From contig NC_043000.1 of NCBI RefSeq assembly GCF_006345805.1, positions 48,794,001 to 48,858,000 of the forward strand: DNA of 64,000 bases. Direction: 5' to 3'. A model generated the notes under the pieces. It had not been told where the DNA came from and made no database searches. It saw only the letters and a list, made by a program, of their open reading frames with translations. Within the stretch, counting starts at the first letter, position 1. Each line of letters starts with the position of its first letter. Made by a program: the position numbers and the translations under genes. Positions 39,001 through 51,807 of the stretch are shown here, in pieces. This DNA comes from Octopus sinensis (Eukaryota).

Positions 39001-40490
39001 CTTCACTCTAAGCTTACCAGTTTTTCTGTATATGAAATATATTAATGTATTTATATACACATCACTCGCTCCAAACATCAGTCAGTAATATAATAGATAC
39101 TTGATTTCACAATAAAAAATCCACTGGTTGCATCCATATTTTCAATGAATTTTTTCCTTAGCTCTATCTTTCAATATTGCTTTCACAATTATCGTCATAT
39201 TCACAATAGTTGTCCTCAATACTTAACAATCATAATATAAAAATCTACCTTTCACTACCAATCACTGATAATACACAACATTCAACCTATTTTCCCGACA
39301 AAGGATTGAGACATATTTACAAATACTTCGATACTAAATTAACTATTCGATTTAATGGATTTCTGTAAATTATTGATTTTCATATACCTAATACCCAGTT
39401 TTCAGGTGCTTAATTTTGAAGTCGATTCGATTGATCTAGTTTGCTTGGCTTGGTAGAGACTTGTGACACCGATACTATTGATATATATTCATTTTGTGCA
39501 ACTATAAGTCAATCACTGTTAGAAAATACGGATAAGGTAATTCTAGACGACTGATGTTCTGACCAAAAAGAACAACGAAATGTGGCCGGTACATTGTCTG
39601 AAAGTGGACACAATATTGGTAACGAAGGAAAGGTTAGTCTTTCGAAAGGCTTGAGTGGACATGATTCGACAATACGTGACTCTTAAGCCACTTTAGCTGT
39701 GGTAAAAACGACAGAGTGAAGACACAGCTTTGACTGTAGAAAAGAAGCTAATAACGCAGATATTCTTCTATTTATTCTAGCCATCTCATGACAACTACCT
39801 TTCAATATGCCTCCTCTTCATTTAGATTATGTTACATATAATTCCCAAAGTTAATACTATGGCATCAATACACTTGCTGGATTACAGGCAATATTAATTA
39901 AATTCAGTAATGCAAACCCAAGTTGCTTCGTATATATGTCATTAATACTTATCCGAGTAAGAAATTGACACGCACATTTATTGAATTGTAGAGTTATAGT
40001 CAGTTGCAGAGTTAGAGATGATTAAATTAACCGTCTGCACTGAGAAGAAAGTTAATTTTCTAGAGATATGCTTGGTTATAAATGCCAAATATGTATAACA
40101 CTGTACGAATATTAGTTTTATTCTGATACCTAGAGACCGTATAAATGCTGTAGTTGTGTTTATGCTTATATAATATTTGCATCTACCTATTACCATGTAC
40201 AACTTGTATATTCCTTTTAATATAGAATACGGTTAACGATATTGTCGAAACAATCTATCTCCGTTAACACGAAAACAACATATGCAGTTATTTTTATAAT
40301 TTGTTGCAACGCCATGCATTAGAGTGCTGCTCTAAATGTCATGTTTCATACGTATCGATCACGTCATAATCATATTAAAGTTTTTATGTTTATGCTAACA
40401 AATTCAATGCAAGAAACATCAAAATGCAAACTGATGTAAGCGACTACCATCATCCCCAAAATATCAGGATTTGTGCTTATAGTAGAAAGG

Positions 40491-40549
<59 letters not shown>

Positions 40550-40595
40550 GAATAAGAAGAATCATTATTATAATTATTATTATTATTATTATTAC

Positions 40596-40649
<54 letters not shown>

Positions 40650-40680
40650 TATTATTATTATTATTATTATTATCATTATC
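40491..40680. repeat. (TAA)n immediately followed by (TTA)n, self-complementary
   Basis: Directly visible. Confidence 0.9.
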
Positions 40681-40916
40681 GTTTTCATTGATCCCTTTAT
40701 TTATATCTCGACTGAGATAAAATTAAACCACTACATATTTTCAAACATGCATATATGGATGAACGGGTGGATAGATGGATATACACAGAGATAAGGGTAC
40801 CTATTTGTCAAGGTAGAGGTATGTTCGTAGACCAAAAGACGATTGTTTTAGTGAAGACTGCTAGTTTCTCGTTCAGGAATAACACTGCTATCCAGGCCAT
40901 TGTTGTTTACTTAGAC

Positions 40917-41241
40917 CAATGGTTCTCAACCGGAGTTCATATGGCCCCTGAGGGTTCATGCAACCAAGCAGTAAATTGGGATCCAAAAACGGTATCGGAT
41001 GGATCCCTGAAATATTTGGCTTTAGATGTATGTATTGTTATGTATTGCAAGAAACAGCTAGATTTCGTTCTCTAATATTTTGCAGAGTTCAACCTACGCA
41101 AGTTTATGCAGGAAAAAGATAAGAATTTTGAAAACAAGTTTCTATAAGACTAGTTTTTAAACATGGAATGGCTATGCGGGTCCACCAGAATAAAACAACA
41201 ATCAAAGGGATTCATAGATAAAACATCGTTGAGAACACCTG
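40917..41241. mobile_element. hAT (Charlie-like) MITE
   Basis: Imperfect TIRs caatggttctcaacc / cgttgagaacacctg; 8-bp TSD acttagac (40909-40916) / atttagac (41242-41249). Confidence 0.85.
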
Positions 41242-42807
41242 ATTTAGACGAATGGCTGCTGACTTAGGGTCGTTATAGCTTTACAATATAATCGTGGCAT
41301 GCGTTATTATCGGAATGCAAAAGCCCATAAAAGATATTGCAAAAACATTTGCCTGACAGTAACAGTTCCGTCTATCCACTGCTCTGGTTTGCTACATTTT
41401 TTAATGACCTCAAAAGTATGAAAGACTCAGCGAGGATTATTACCTAACGTATCAATCAAACTCACTGTGTTTATTAACTGCTTTTCATACGATTATTGAG
41501 AAACGTGGCTCATTATTGCACCATATAGATTTGTAGGTAGTTAATGCTTCTATTATTTATAACTGAAGCAGTATGATTGGAAAAGAGCGTTTGAACAAGA
41601 CTGTCATTCTCATTATTCCGCACATTCAGTCATAGAACTACATGATTCGCCACAAAAAGGAGACATAAACAATATTGCAACTTTCCGAAACTTTTTTTTT
41701 TATTATTGCTGTAGGTGACAATTCTGCTCAGTTTGCCAAATTCCATTAAAGTTATCAATATTGTGTGATTGTTTTCCCTGTATATTTTATCTTCTTCATT
41801 TCGTTATAACGTTTTTTTTCCTTCAACCTCAAACGTCGATATAATCGATTTTCGTCTTTATTGCACCTTTCATATTCATCAGAGAATGTTTTAATTCTTT
41901 AAAAGCGTGTCATATACAAGTACTTCTTCTACAGTTGTTATTATTCATAAGGGTTCGAAAGTAGAAAAAGAAAAGAAAACTTATTTTCTGTTTAATGTGA
42001 TTTGATAATGAAAGATATCTTAGAGTGAGTAACAAACTTATACAGGCCATGTAGAGATGAAAGTGGCCAGAATGCTTGAAATGATATTTCCTCATATTGT
42101 TGCTTTAAGTAATATAATGCAAATGCAGTGCAGAATATCTATTTTGTTTTATTTTATTTTATTTTCGTTATCAATATGTTTCATGGTAGCAGCTTTGAGA
42201 TACCATTATATTTTGTTACAAGTCTGAGAGGCAATTAAGGACGAATATTCTCTAACGGCAAATGAATAAAATGAATTTATTTGATATGTATCAGACATAT
42301 ATCAACATATATACTGATGGAAGGAACAAAACATCAAATAAAATTAGCAGTCTTTGATCTGTAAGTGCCTATGTTGGTCCACATTCCATGAACGAAACCT
42401 ACAAAAACATTAAAATATTTTACGAAAAAATGCGATATTTTTTTTTTTTTATCCACATTATAAGTCTTCCAAATTACTCTTACAAACTTAGAGAAACTTG
42501 ACTGCTTTAACATGTTTTGAACAAATGTATGTAGTTTACTTTTTATTTCATTATGGAAGATTACTTCCAACATTGGATTCAATGACATCTTACGTTCCAG
42601 CAATCGATGATTTGTAGCATGCTGGTCGTCTTTGATTTTAGTTTGATGTGTATACCAATGATGATTTCCTGAGTGAATAGCTATACTATGTTTGTATACG
42701 TAACTTCGCATCTTTCTTTAATGCATATATGTCTAGTTTCACATGATATATATTCTCCCTTCTCCTCCTACATACACACACATATATATGTATATATGTA
42801 TGTATAT

Positions 42808-42882
<75 letters not shown>

Positions 42883-43460
42883 CTGCATGTGTGTGCGCGT
42901 GCGTGTTGCATGTGAATGCGACACTCCCTCCTTGGTTGTAAACATTATAGATACCTCTATGTGAATACTAGTTCCTTGATTAATATTTATAACTATAGCT
43001 ATGAATGTGTATTTTTTATGTTCATAACATGGACATTTTCACTACTTTTATATCTGAAAGAACGTTTGATAACTTAAATTTATATTTCATTCTTCTTTCC
43101 CATTTATCAATAATGAACGTATTTTAATGTACAGTGATAGCACTAAAGCATCTAAGTATCTATTTGAGAGAAGTTAAAAAAATATAGATTAGCATTTCAT
43201 TTCCTCTTTATTCGACATATATACATTACATATCAGCAAAGAATATTTCAATTTATATTCAAGAATATAGAGAAAAATTACGTAACGATTGAACCTATAC
43301 AAAAATTTAGTTATGTTTTAATTTCATGTTCAATATATGTTGTGTTCTTCCTTTAATCTTCTTTTGGTGATTCGAGATATTGGTCTGCGGCAAAGCAGAT
43401 ATAACACAAAGCATATTTGTTGATGATAGGATCAATACGCTTTTCAGTCTTGTAGTTCTT

Positions 43461-43462
<2 letters not shown>

Positions 43463-43496
<34 letters not shown>

Positions 43497-44007
43497 TAAT
43501 AATAATAATAATAATAATAATGTTTTCAAATTTTGCCACGAGGGCAGCCATTTGGGGGGAGGAGATGAGTCGATTACATCGACCCCAGTTTTGAACTGCT
43601 ACTTATTTTCATCGACCCCCAAAAGGATGAAAGGTATTGTCGACCACGGCGGAATTTGAACTCAGAACACAGCGAGCGACGGGCGAAATGCTGCTAAGCA
43701 TTTGGTCTAGCACACTAACGATTCTACCAGCTCACCGCCGTGAATAATAATAACAACAACAACAGCAATAATAATAAAAAAAAATTTTTTAAATAATAAT
43801 AATAATAATCGTTACTATTATAGGCACTAGGTCAGAAATTTTGGTGGGAAGTACCAAGTCGGTTACGTCAGTCCAGAACTCAACAGGAACTTATCGACGT
43901 CAAAAGGATGAAAGACGAGATCGACCTTGGCGGAATTAGAACGTCGAACGTTAAAGATGAACGAAATAAAAGTATTTTGTCTGGCGTGCAAACGACTTCC
44001 CAGCTCA

Positions 44008-44076
<69 letters not shown>

Positions 44077-44225
44077 GTTCTGAGTTCAAATTTTGCGCTA
44101 AGGTCAACTTTGCCTTTCATTGTTTCGTGGTCGATAAATAAAGTACTATTGACACATTGGGGTCGATAGTTCCCTAACCCCAAATTTGAGGTTTTGTGCC
44201 TCCAGTAGAAAGGGTTATTATTACT
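43463..44225. mobile_element. Family A SINE array: minus ~43523-43740, minus ~43812-44008, plus ~44076-44215, separated by (AAT)n/(ATT)n
   Basis: Family A core motifs in both orientations; triplet tracts visible. Confidence 0.85.
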
Positions 44226-44228
44226 ATA

Positions 44229-45101
44229 GGCTTGACTTGTGCATTGTATTTGTACGAATTGGCTCCAAGTCTCACCCAGAGACCTCAAGAGAGAAATTCA
44301 TGTTGGTGTTATACCCCGGGTGTAATATATTTATTTTAGCACATACTATTGTTCTAGAGAATGCTTAAGAAAACATAAGAAAATTATGAGGTAGTTTTAA
44401 AATTTGAGATTACATAGACAGTAATTTACGTAGGATATGAGCAGTTCCCATGACCACTATCTTTCGAATTTCTGCTATTTTGGTGTTTCTGGTATCTTGG
44501 TATCTGAGCTAGATAGCAATTAGCCTCTTTTGCTGTCATTCCTAGGGCACCTATGACAACAGGTATTGTTTTAGTCTTGCGGTTCCACATTTTGCCAATT
44601 TCTATTTCAATATTTATAGTTGCTCAGTTTTTCGTAGGTCTTGACAGATACATTTATGTCGATTGGAACAGTTATATCTATGCAGAGGCATGAATTTTGT
44701 CTGTAGTCTTTTAATATAATGTCTGGCCTATTCGCATAGTTTGAATGGTAACGTTCCAAGGGAGTAAGATGTGACCATTTTCAAGCACTGAGTGTGGTTT
44801 GTGTTTCCTATCAGTTTGTATTAAGTGGTAAGTCCAGGTTTCTCGAAATTATCCAGTGAATATATTGTACTGTTCTATCATGCCTGTTTCATTTTGTTGT
44901 TGACATGCACGACATATTGGGCTATTGCCGTTCTTTAATATGTTGGCCTGGTAGTTTATTGTAGGTAGGCATTGATCATGGGCTGCCGGCACTATTAGAT
45001 TTCTTTGGGCATTTACCATTGAGAGGTTTTTCAGTAAGAATATCTAAGGCAGCAGTTTAAGCATGAGTTTTCATATGCTTAGCTTTTTCTGTGCTTGTTT
45101 C

Positions 45102-45102
<1 letters not shown>
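44229..45102 (-). pseudogene. 5'-truncated, decayed R4/Dong-type non-LTR retrotransposon (zinc knuckle + restriction-like endonuclease + 3' UTR)
   Basis: Minus-strand pieces: KPLNGK; AAHDQCLPTINYQANILKNGNSPICRACQQQNET; RHDRTVQYIHW; ANRPDIILKDYRQNSCLCIDITVPIDINVSVKTYEKLSNYK; TIPVVIGALG; IVVMGTAHILRKLLSM* (stop 44410-44412). PD..D motif present. (TAA)n on both sides on the element strand. Confidence 0.9.
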
Positions 45103-45137
<35 letters not shown>

Positions 45138-45262
45138 CATTATTATTCTTATTATTCTTATTCTTCTTCTTATTATTATTATTATCATTATCAATGATGA
45201 TGATGATGATTATGATGACGACGGGAACGACGACGACGATGATGATAATAATAAGAATAAGA

Positions 45263-45510
45263 TCAGCAATTTTAGGGATGGGGTTAGAGAATTTAATCGA
45301 ACCCTGTGTTAACTACTTACTACGTGGAAAAAAAACGAAAGGCAAATTTAATCTTACCGGAATTTGAACTCAGAATACTGAAAGATGAGCGAGACATAAA
45401 GTGTGGCCTTATAATAATGAGTGTGCTAGCTCAATAATCAAAACAGTTTCTAACTTATGGGCGGAGCCAGCAATTTTGTGGAGAAGGGGTAGCCCCAAAA
45501 AATCGACTCC
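45263..45510 (-). mobile_element. Decayed family A SINE pieces
   Basis: gaaaggcaaatttaatcttaccggaatttgaactcagaat; ccagcaattttgtggagaagggg..tcgactccag. Confidence 0.6.
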
Positions 45511-47339
45511 AGAGACTAAAGAACATTTTGTTTCATCAATAATTCAGGAGTACAAAATATCAGAACATAAATGTTTAGAATAATACTTATCTTTTCCTCG
45601 GACACAATCTTAGGGAACATATTAATTGAAAACAAAACCTTGGTGGATATTCATAAGAATTCTCCATGTATGTATATCTATCTAACTATACACACACACA
45701 CATACATACACATATATAGAGAACACAGATAAAATTACGTATAATGACGGTCGGTTTACCTCTAAAAATATGACTTGAAATGCGACTAAAACAAAAGTGT
45801 TTTAGCTTCCTAGCAATGAGTGGCTATAAGTGGTTCATCATTGAGTGGGTAGATACGTAATAGAAAGAAACAATGTACAGATAAAACGTATTATCACTAT
45901 GGAGAACGGAATTTATCATTCAAACATAATTGTATTGCTGTAAGAAGAATAAAGGAGTCAGAAGTTGTACCTTAAGTCTCTTACAGATGTTTTTGAAATA
46001 GCTATGCATATGGTGTATATCTCAACGAGAAAAAATATCCATATAAACGCCGACTTCAGAGAGAGGATGAATTAGGAAGATCTTTAATAAAGGATAGTGT
46101 GTGTGTACATACACATACACATTGTGTGCAAAGCGCCGTTTAATTTTCTTAACATGTCCTATACAAAATGCGACAGTATTTTTGCTTTATCTTTAATAAT
46201 TTTTGTGTTTGTTTTTTTCTTTATATTCATAGTCTTTTATATATTCCTTGCATTGTTAACCGTAATAAATACATTATCACATCGTGAACTCGTTGTCTTT
46301 CATTCTGAATGAAATAGTGGAAATTATGTTATTATTGTGTGTAGTAAGGAATCATGAGAGCGAATTTCTAATTCATAAAAAAATATCATTCACTAGATTT
46401 AAAATTTCTTAACGGTTATCTCCAGGTAGCTTCCCTCAGACGTAACCTGGAGATAACTGGAGAATATCTCAAAATATCAGTAAATTCATGGATGCTATTG
46501 ATGTTCGGAACCAAGAATAAAAGACTAATAAACAAACTTGAATAAAAAATATCATGAAGTTTTATATTTCGTTATGTTGAAATATTTTCTTTAAAACACC
46601 GAAAATATATACCTTTTTTGGTATTAGGTCATTCTGACAATAAAACATAACAGTGTGTTCAAATTCTATTGCAATATATTGTTGTTATATAGCGGTTCTT
46701 ACGTTTAACCTTTGTTATGTAATATGATAGATTTTTAGAGTCGTCGTAGAAACAGGCTTTTTGACACATGCCTATCACTCCAAAGTTACTTAATTTCGTT
46801 TCACCATTCTCCTGCGTGTTAAAAGATATTTCATGAACGTATTCGACTGGTGAATAATCGTCATCATGTCTGTCTCAGCAAGGAAAAAGAAAAGAAAACT
46901 GTGATAACTGAAATCATTCTAAAATTTCAATGAAATACATTATGAATTATGTTCCTGTCGTCAAATTGTAATTGCTTTCTTATGTTCGGTGCATATATCT
47001 TCCAGTCCTAGGCAAGCCGCTGACTTTCATTTATACCATGCCTTAGAGGGTAAAATGATGTTCTGCCGCTACATATTACGTTATACTTGCTTTAAGAATA
47101 TTTTAACAAACTAATCGATTATATGTTGGAACGTCTCTCCTATTTCTTTCATGCCATATCAATAACGTTTTATGGATATATTTCGACAGAGATAGAATGT
47201 ATTAGCTTTCTTTACAGCAGAATGTAATACCGATATTTTGTCAAGTTGTAAAGATCTTTCGAAAATATTTAGTCATTTAGTTAGCTATTTTGAAAGTATA
47301 TTGAACATTCGAAATTTATTTTCGAAATGAACTGCATTT

Positions 47340-47390
<51 letters not shown>

Positions 47391-47404
47391 TGTGTGTGTG
47401 TGTG

Positions 47405-47438
<34 letters not shown>

Positions 47439-47569
47439 TTTTGAATTCATGTCTTACCTCCATTTTTATATTACATGCTCAATATCATATTAATGATAGG
47501 TAAGGTGATAGTTTCGAAGATCTGTTACAGTACGAGAAAATACTTTTTACTATTTGTTCCCGTTCTTCA

Positions 47570-47718
47570 CATTCTAATTTCAAATCCCGCTGAGGTCAAT
47601 TTTACTTTGCATCTTCCCGAAATCAATAAAATAAAGTACGAGTTAAATAATAGCGCTAGTGTTATCGAGTGAACACTTCTACTCAAAATTGTTGACCTTG
47701 TGTATAAACTGGAAACAA
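47570..47718 (+). mobile_element. Family A SINE fragment
   Basis: ttcaaatcccgctgaggtcaattttactttgcatcttcc..caataaaataaagtac..ttgaccttgtg. Confidence 0.7.
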
Positions 47719-48366
47719 TTATATTAGTATTATATTTATGTCTGTATCTATAGAAAATAAACCTTTGCTTTGTATTCATTTCACAATTGATAAACATACG
47801 ACGATATTTATAGAAAATTTGCAACATTTTATATACAATAACCTTAATATTTCGTATCAGTTTTACCACAAAGGAAAAAAAACCAACCCCGAAATGCATA
47901 TACGGATGTATATTGTAGGTAAGGAACATTGACCACACTGTTTGAAGCACTTTTTCTTTTATCGCAAAGACGAGATTACCAACTGAAAACCGATTCTATT
48001 TGTACTAAACTTTACAGCTATGTAAACAATCTCATATTCTACAGTACTTGTTTCCGATGCGTCTTGTATTTGAAAGTTATTGCAAATTAAAAAAAAAAGT
48101 TCCAATTATCATAAACCATTGATGAAAATGGAAAAGTGCGAAAATTTTGCTTATATTTTGCTTTGATAAGCCTCCATTTAACGAAAACCAATTTCTATAC
48201 ACCTCCGTTATCACTCAGTTATATGTACACATTTAATTCACGGATTCAATTAAATGCTGAATAAATGAATGAGTAATATTAAAGCAGATATCGCCTTTCT
48301 GCTAACTGTAAATTAGATTTTACAGCAGCAGTCTATTTCTTTACGTCATAATGTAGATTCTGATCT

Positions 48367-48408
<42 letters not shown>

Positions 48409-48991
48409 TAAAATATAAACGAAATTATTTGCAAGACGTATTTATATTTTACTGTATATGCAATTTAATGTGACTGCGTTCTACTTTATCCTTGTCACAT
48501 ACATACATATGTATATGTATGTATATGTTTATTTATTTTGTGTACTGAGTGCTTCTACTACGAGAGCAAAATTCGTAAACTTCTTGTGGAACTAAAAGCA
48601 ATATAATTGCTATATATTCCATAAATTGACATTACATGAAATATGCCGTCAATTGGTGCATTTTTTATATCTGAAATTTATAACAAACAATTGCTAAGTT
48701 ACAATTAACCAGTGTATTCTTGTTTTTACTTCAAAACAGTAAAACGCAGTTTGAGGCGAATTTGTCACATTTCAAGCAACCGTGTAGAATCTGTAATGTA
48801 ATTGTTTTATACTAGTTTTTTGGTTTTACTGACTGCATGGAATTAACAATATTTTGCTAATGATGTTTATTTGTAATTAAGTATCCAGATATCGGGATGG
48901 AGAAGTACCATTTAATTTATCTAGATTCGGCACGACTATGATTCTTATGATTGTCTATAAACCTACAAACTACTTCTATAATTTTTCTCAG

Positions 48992-49015
48992 CTTCTTTTG
49001 GGTTTCAAGCGGATG
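48992..49015 (+). other. Candidate 24-nt microexon
   Basis: Acceptor aatttttctcAG, donor ATG|GTGAGT, frame-preserving length; no homology evidence. Confidence 0.3.
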
Positions 49016-51534
49016 GTGAGTATTTCTGATTAAAAATATATCAGAAAATTCACTCACCTTAAAACATAAAAAATATTATAAAACAAATTACTTTAGTTGA
49101 TTGCATGGATTGATAGATTTTACGTACTTCATATTTGTATTTAAAAATATCTCAGAAAAAGGAAATTGTTTATTTTAAACAATATATCGAAAATTATCTT
49201 TAAACTTTGGATAATTATTGAAATACATTATCATTGCTTTGTTTCCTCCGCGATACTTTCATTGTGTGGAGTGTGCAGGGACAATATTAACGTATATTCC
49301 CTATTCAATATGAAGTAATTAAGTGATGTAGCAACTAAAGCATTACAAAATCTGACACAGATTACAAGCAAAAACGGAGACTTATTGTGTGATTAAGGTT
49401 AACTTTGTAGATTAGAACATAAGGTCCTTGTAAATTGTATGCGTACACTGAGGATTTTCATTCATTTGTTTAATTTACGATGCCAGTTTTCTTCAAAAGA
49501 TAAAAAATCGCTTTTACTTCACTTTTAAAGTCAAGAAAGCATACATCGACAGTTTCTAGGTATTTCTCAATAGCAAACGATATGAAGTTCGTCATAGTAC
49601 TGCGTAAGAGAAAGAAATGGGTATAATAATTTCTCGATTCACTAATTTCACTTTGCTAGCGTCCACTTTTCTCTTAGATTTGGATGCAAATAACTTCTCT
49701 GTATTTTTCCTTAGTCACTACTTTGAATTATGGCATCACATTTCCGAAAATTCGTGTATATTTTGTAAGCATTCGTAGTTCTTTTAATAGGGCTAGGATA
49801 TGCTTCGCTGATGTTGTCTAACAAAATCAAAATACGTTCAGAGATGTGACTGTACTATCAAACATCAAGCAAACTTCCTACTCTATATTTCATTAATGTA
49901 AATTTGTATAAATTATTGTGTCGTCTACTATGCCTTTTTGACCAAGTGCCAATAATTACTAAAATAATATTTCTCTTATCATTATGGGCATTGCTCATTT
50001 AATCGAATATGTTAGCTGCCCCTTTAGTGCCTTCATCAACTTTATTTTGGGTGACTAACAGCCAGGAATAATGAACTATATCTCTTGATGTTCGTTTTAA
50101 TGACCTATTGAGGTTTCTGGATTTTATAAGATACTATAATGAGCAAATATTGACGTTAAAAATAACAGCATACGAACTTGATCATATTACGAAAACAAAA
50201 CTGTTTAGATATACTATTGCGAATTATATACCACTTCCCAAAATATACTCTCCAAGACATTTTAACGAAAGCTTTATTAAAGAGAATAATTTCCTTCTTT
50301 ATTATGTTTTTTTCTTTTTTCGAGATCGATAAAAATATAAAGTTCTCTGGTCGATATAATTGATTATCCGTCCTCACAAAATTTCTGACCTTGTGCCTAA
50401 ATAAGACATTCTTATTAGCTTTCAGTCGGTATGTTCCTTGATATCAAATGTTTGATTTTAATTCTTCATCCGATGGCTAGTGAGGATACTTTGATTAATT
50501 TATCTGTCTAGTTCTAAATGGAGCGAATAATAAATTAATCCTCTCAGGTCATTATTGTTTATTTAACTTCATACTTTGATATCGAAAATCTGGCGAAACT
50601 TAATATGCAAGAGCCAGAGGAAAAATTATGCAGTTAAATATAATAGGAAAATTCTTGTAGCATCCAATGTAAAATACATTCAGTGTTTTGAAATCATTTT
50701 GTTACTGTTTAAGATTTTGTTGTTAATTAGCCACGGGCAAACCCTTAATCGAGCTGAATTATAGCGAAAACCCTGCCAGCTATAAACACTCAATTTTAAG
50801 GATTGTGTATGTTTTTGAGAAGAATTTGCAGTTATTTCGATCACTGCGTGTGACCATGTAGATGTTTTCCTGTATCAGATGCAGTTAATAGTCCTCCTAA
50901 ACTGATGGACTCTTTGTACTGTTAAAGGAGTCAAGAATGACTATCTTGTAATTCTGTATTGGCTCGAATGGAAAAACGTGTCGCTCAAAAACAATTTTCA
51001 TGGCGTTTCATATTTAGATGCCTTTATATTTTCGATATTTTCGATGTCTGCATGTGTGAAAACAATAAGATGTATTTACATCTGTTAAATGTTTCAGAGT
51101 GGTGGATTTAAAAACGATATTTTTAACTACTTCAAATTTATCCTTCTTATTGAATACGCAGTGTTAAATATTACTTAATCACGCCGCTGAGGATTAAAAG
51201 GTATGAAAATCAATCTAACCACTACAGCTAAGTTCTCGTGTACGACCAACTCAAGTATTGATTGGCAATGGTTTCTTTTGTGGACAGAAATATGACGGAT
51301 TTCCTTATCCCCTTGTAACCGAACAACGAAAACTCTCAGGACATACTGGGCATCCTGCATTTTTCTGCATGAAAAGCAATCACACATAGTATACATATCT
51401 ATTTAAAGTTTCAGACTAAAGGCTTTAAAAGCTGTAGTTTAAGTACTGTAAATTAGTGTTAGTCTTCTAATGTGTCCTATATTGTGCATATATATGTATG
51501 CATATATATATACAGTTTTATGCACAGTTACATC

Positions 51535-51580
<46 letters not shown>

Positions 51581-51588
51581 AGCACATA

Positions 51589-51807
51589 CAGGGTAGGCCA
51601 AAAGTCACCCGACAGCAAATCAAAACCATTTAATTCGAAGGTATATTTGTGTTTAACAGGTGAATGAATTTAATAAAGTCATCTAAATATAAAACATCAT
51701 GAAAATTGTTTTTCAGCAACACGTTTTTTCCATTCGAGTAAATACAGAATTACAGATAGTATTTATGTAATTTTGATTTACTGTCGGGTGACTTTTCGCC
51801 AATCTTC
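51589..51807. mobile_element. Tc1/mariner-type MITE
   Basis: TIRs: cagggtaggccaaaagtcacccgacagcaaatcaaaa (51589-51625) vs ttttgatttactgtcgggtgacttttcgcc.. (from 51771, outer end decayed); TA on both sides. Confidence 0.85.

Noticed and set aside
39540-39760. Possible RTE-type LINE 3' coding remnant
   Set aside because: Only vague W/DR-type spacing; too decayed to support without a search.
51098-51200. AG...GTATGA-bounded 103-nt exon candidate
   Set aside because: Stops in all three frames; such splice-like pairs are common by chance.
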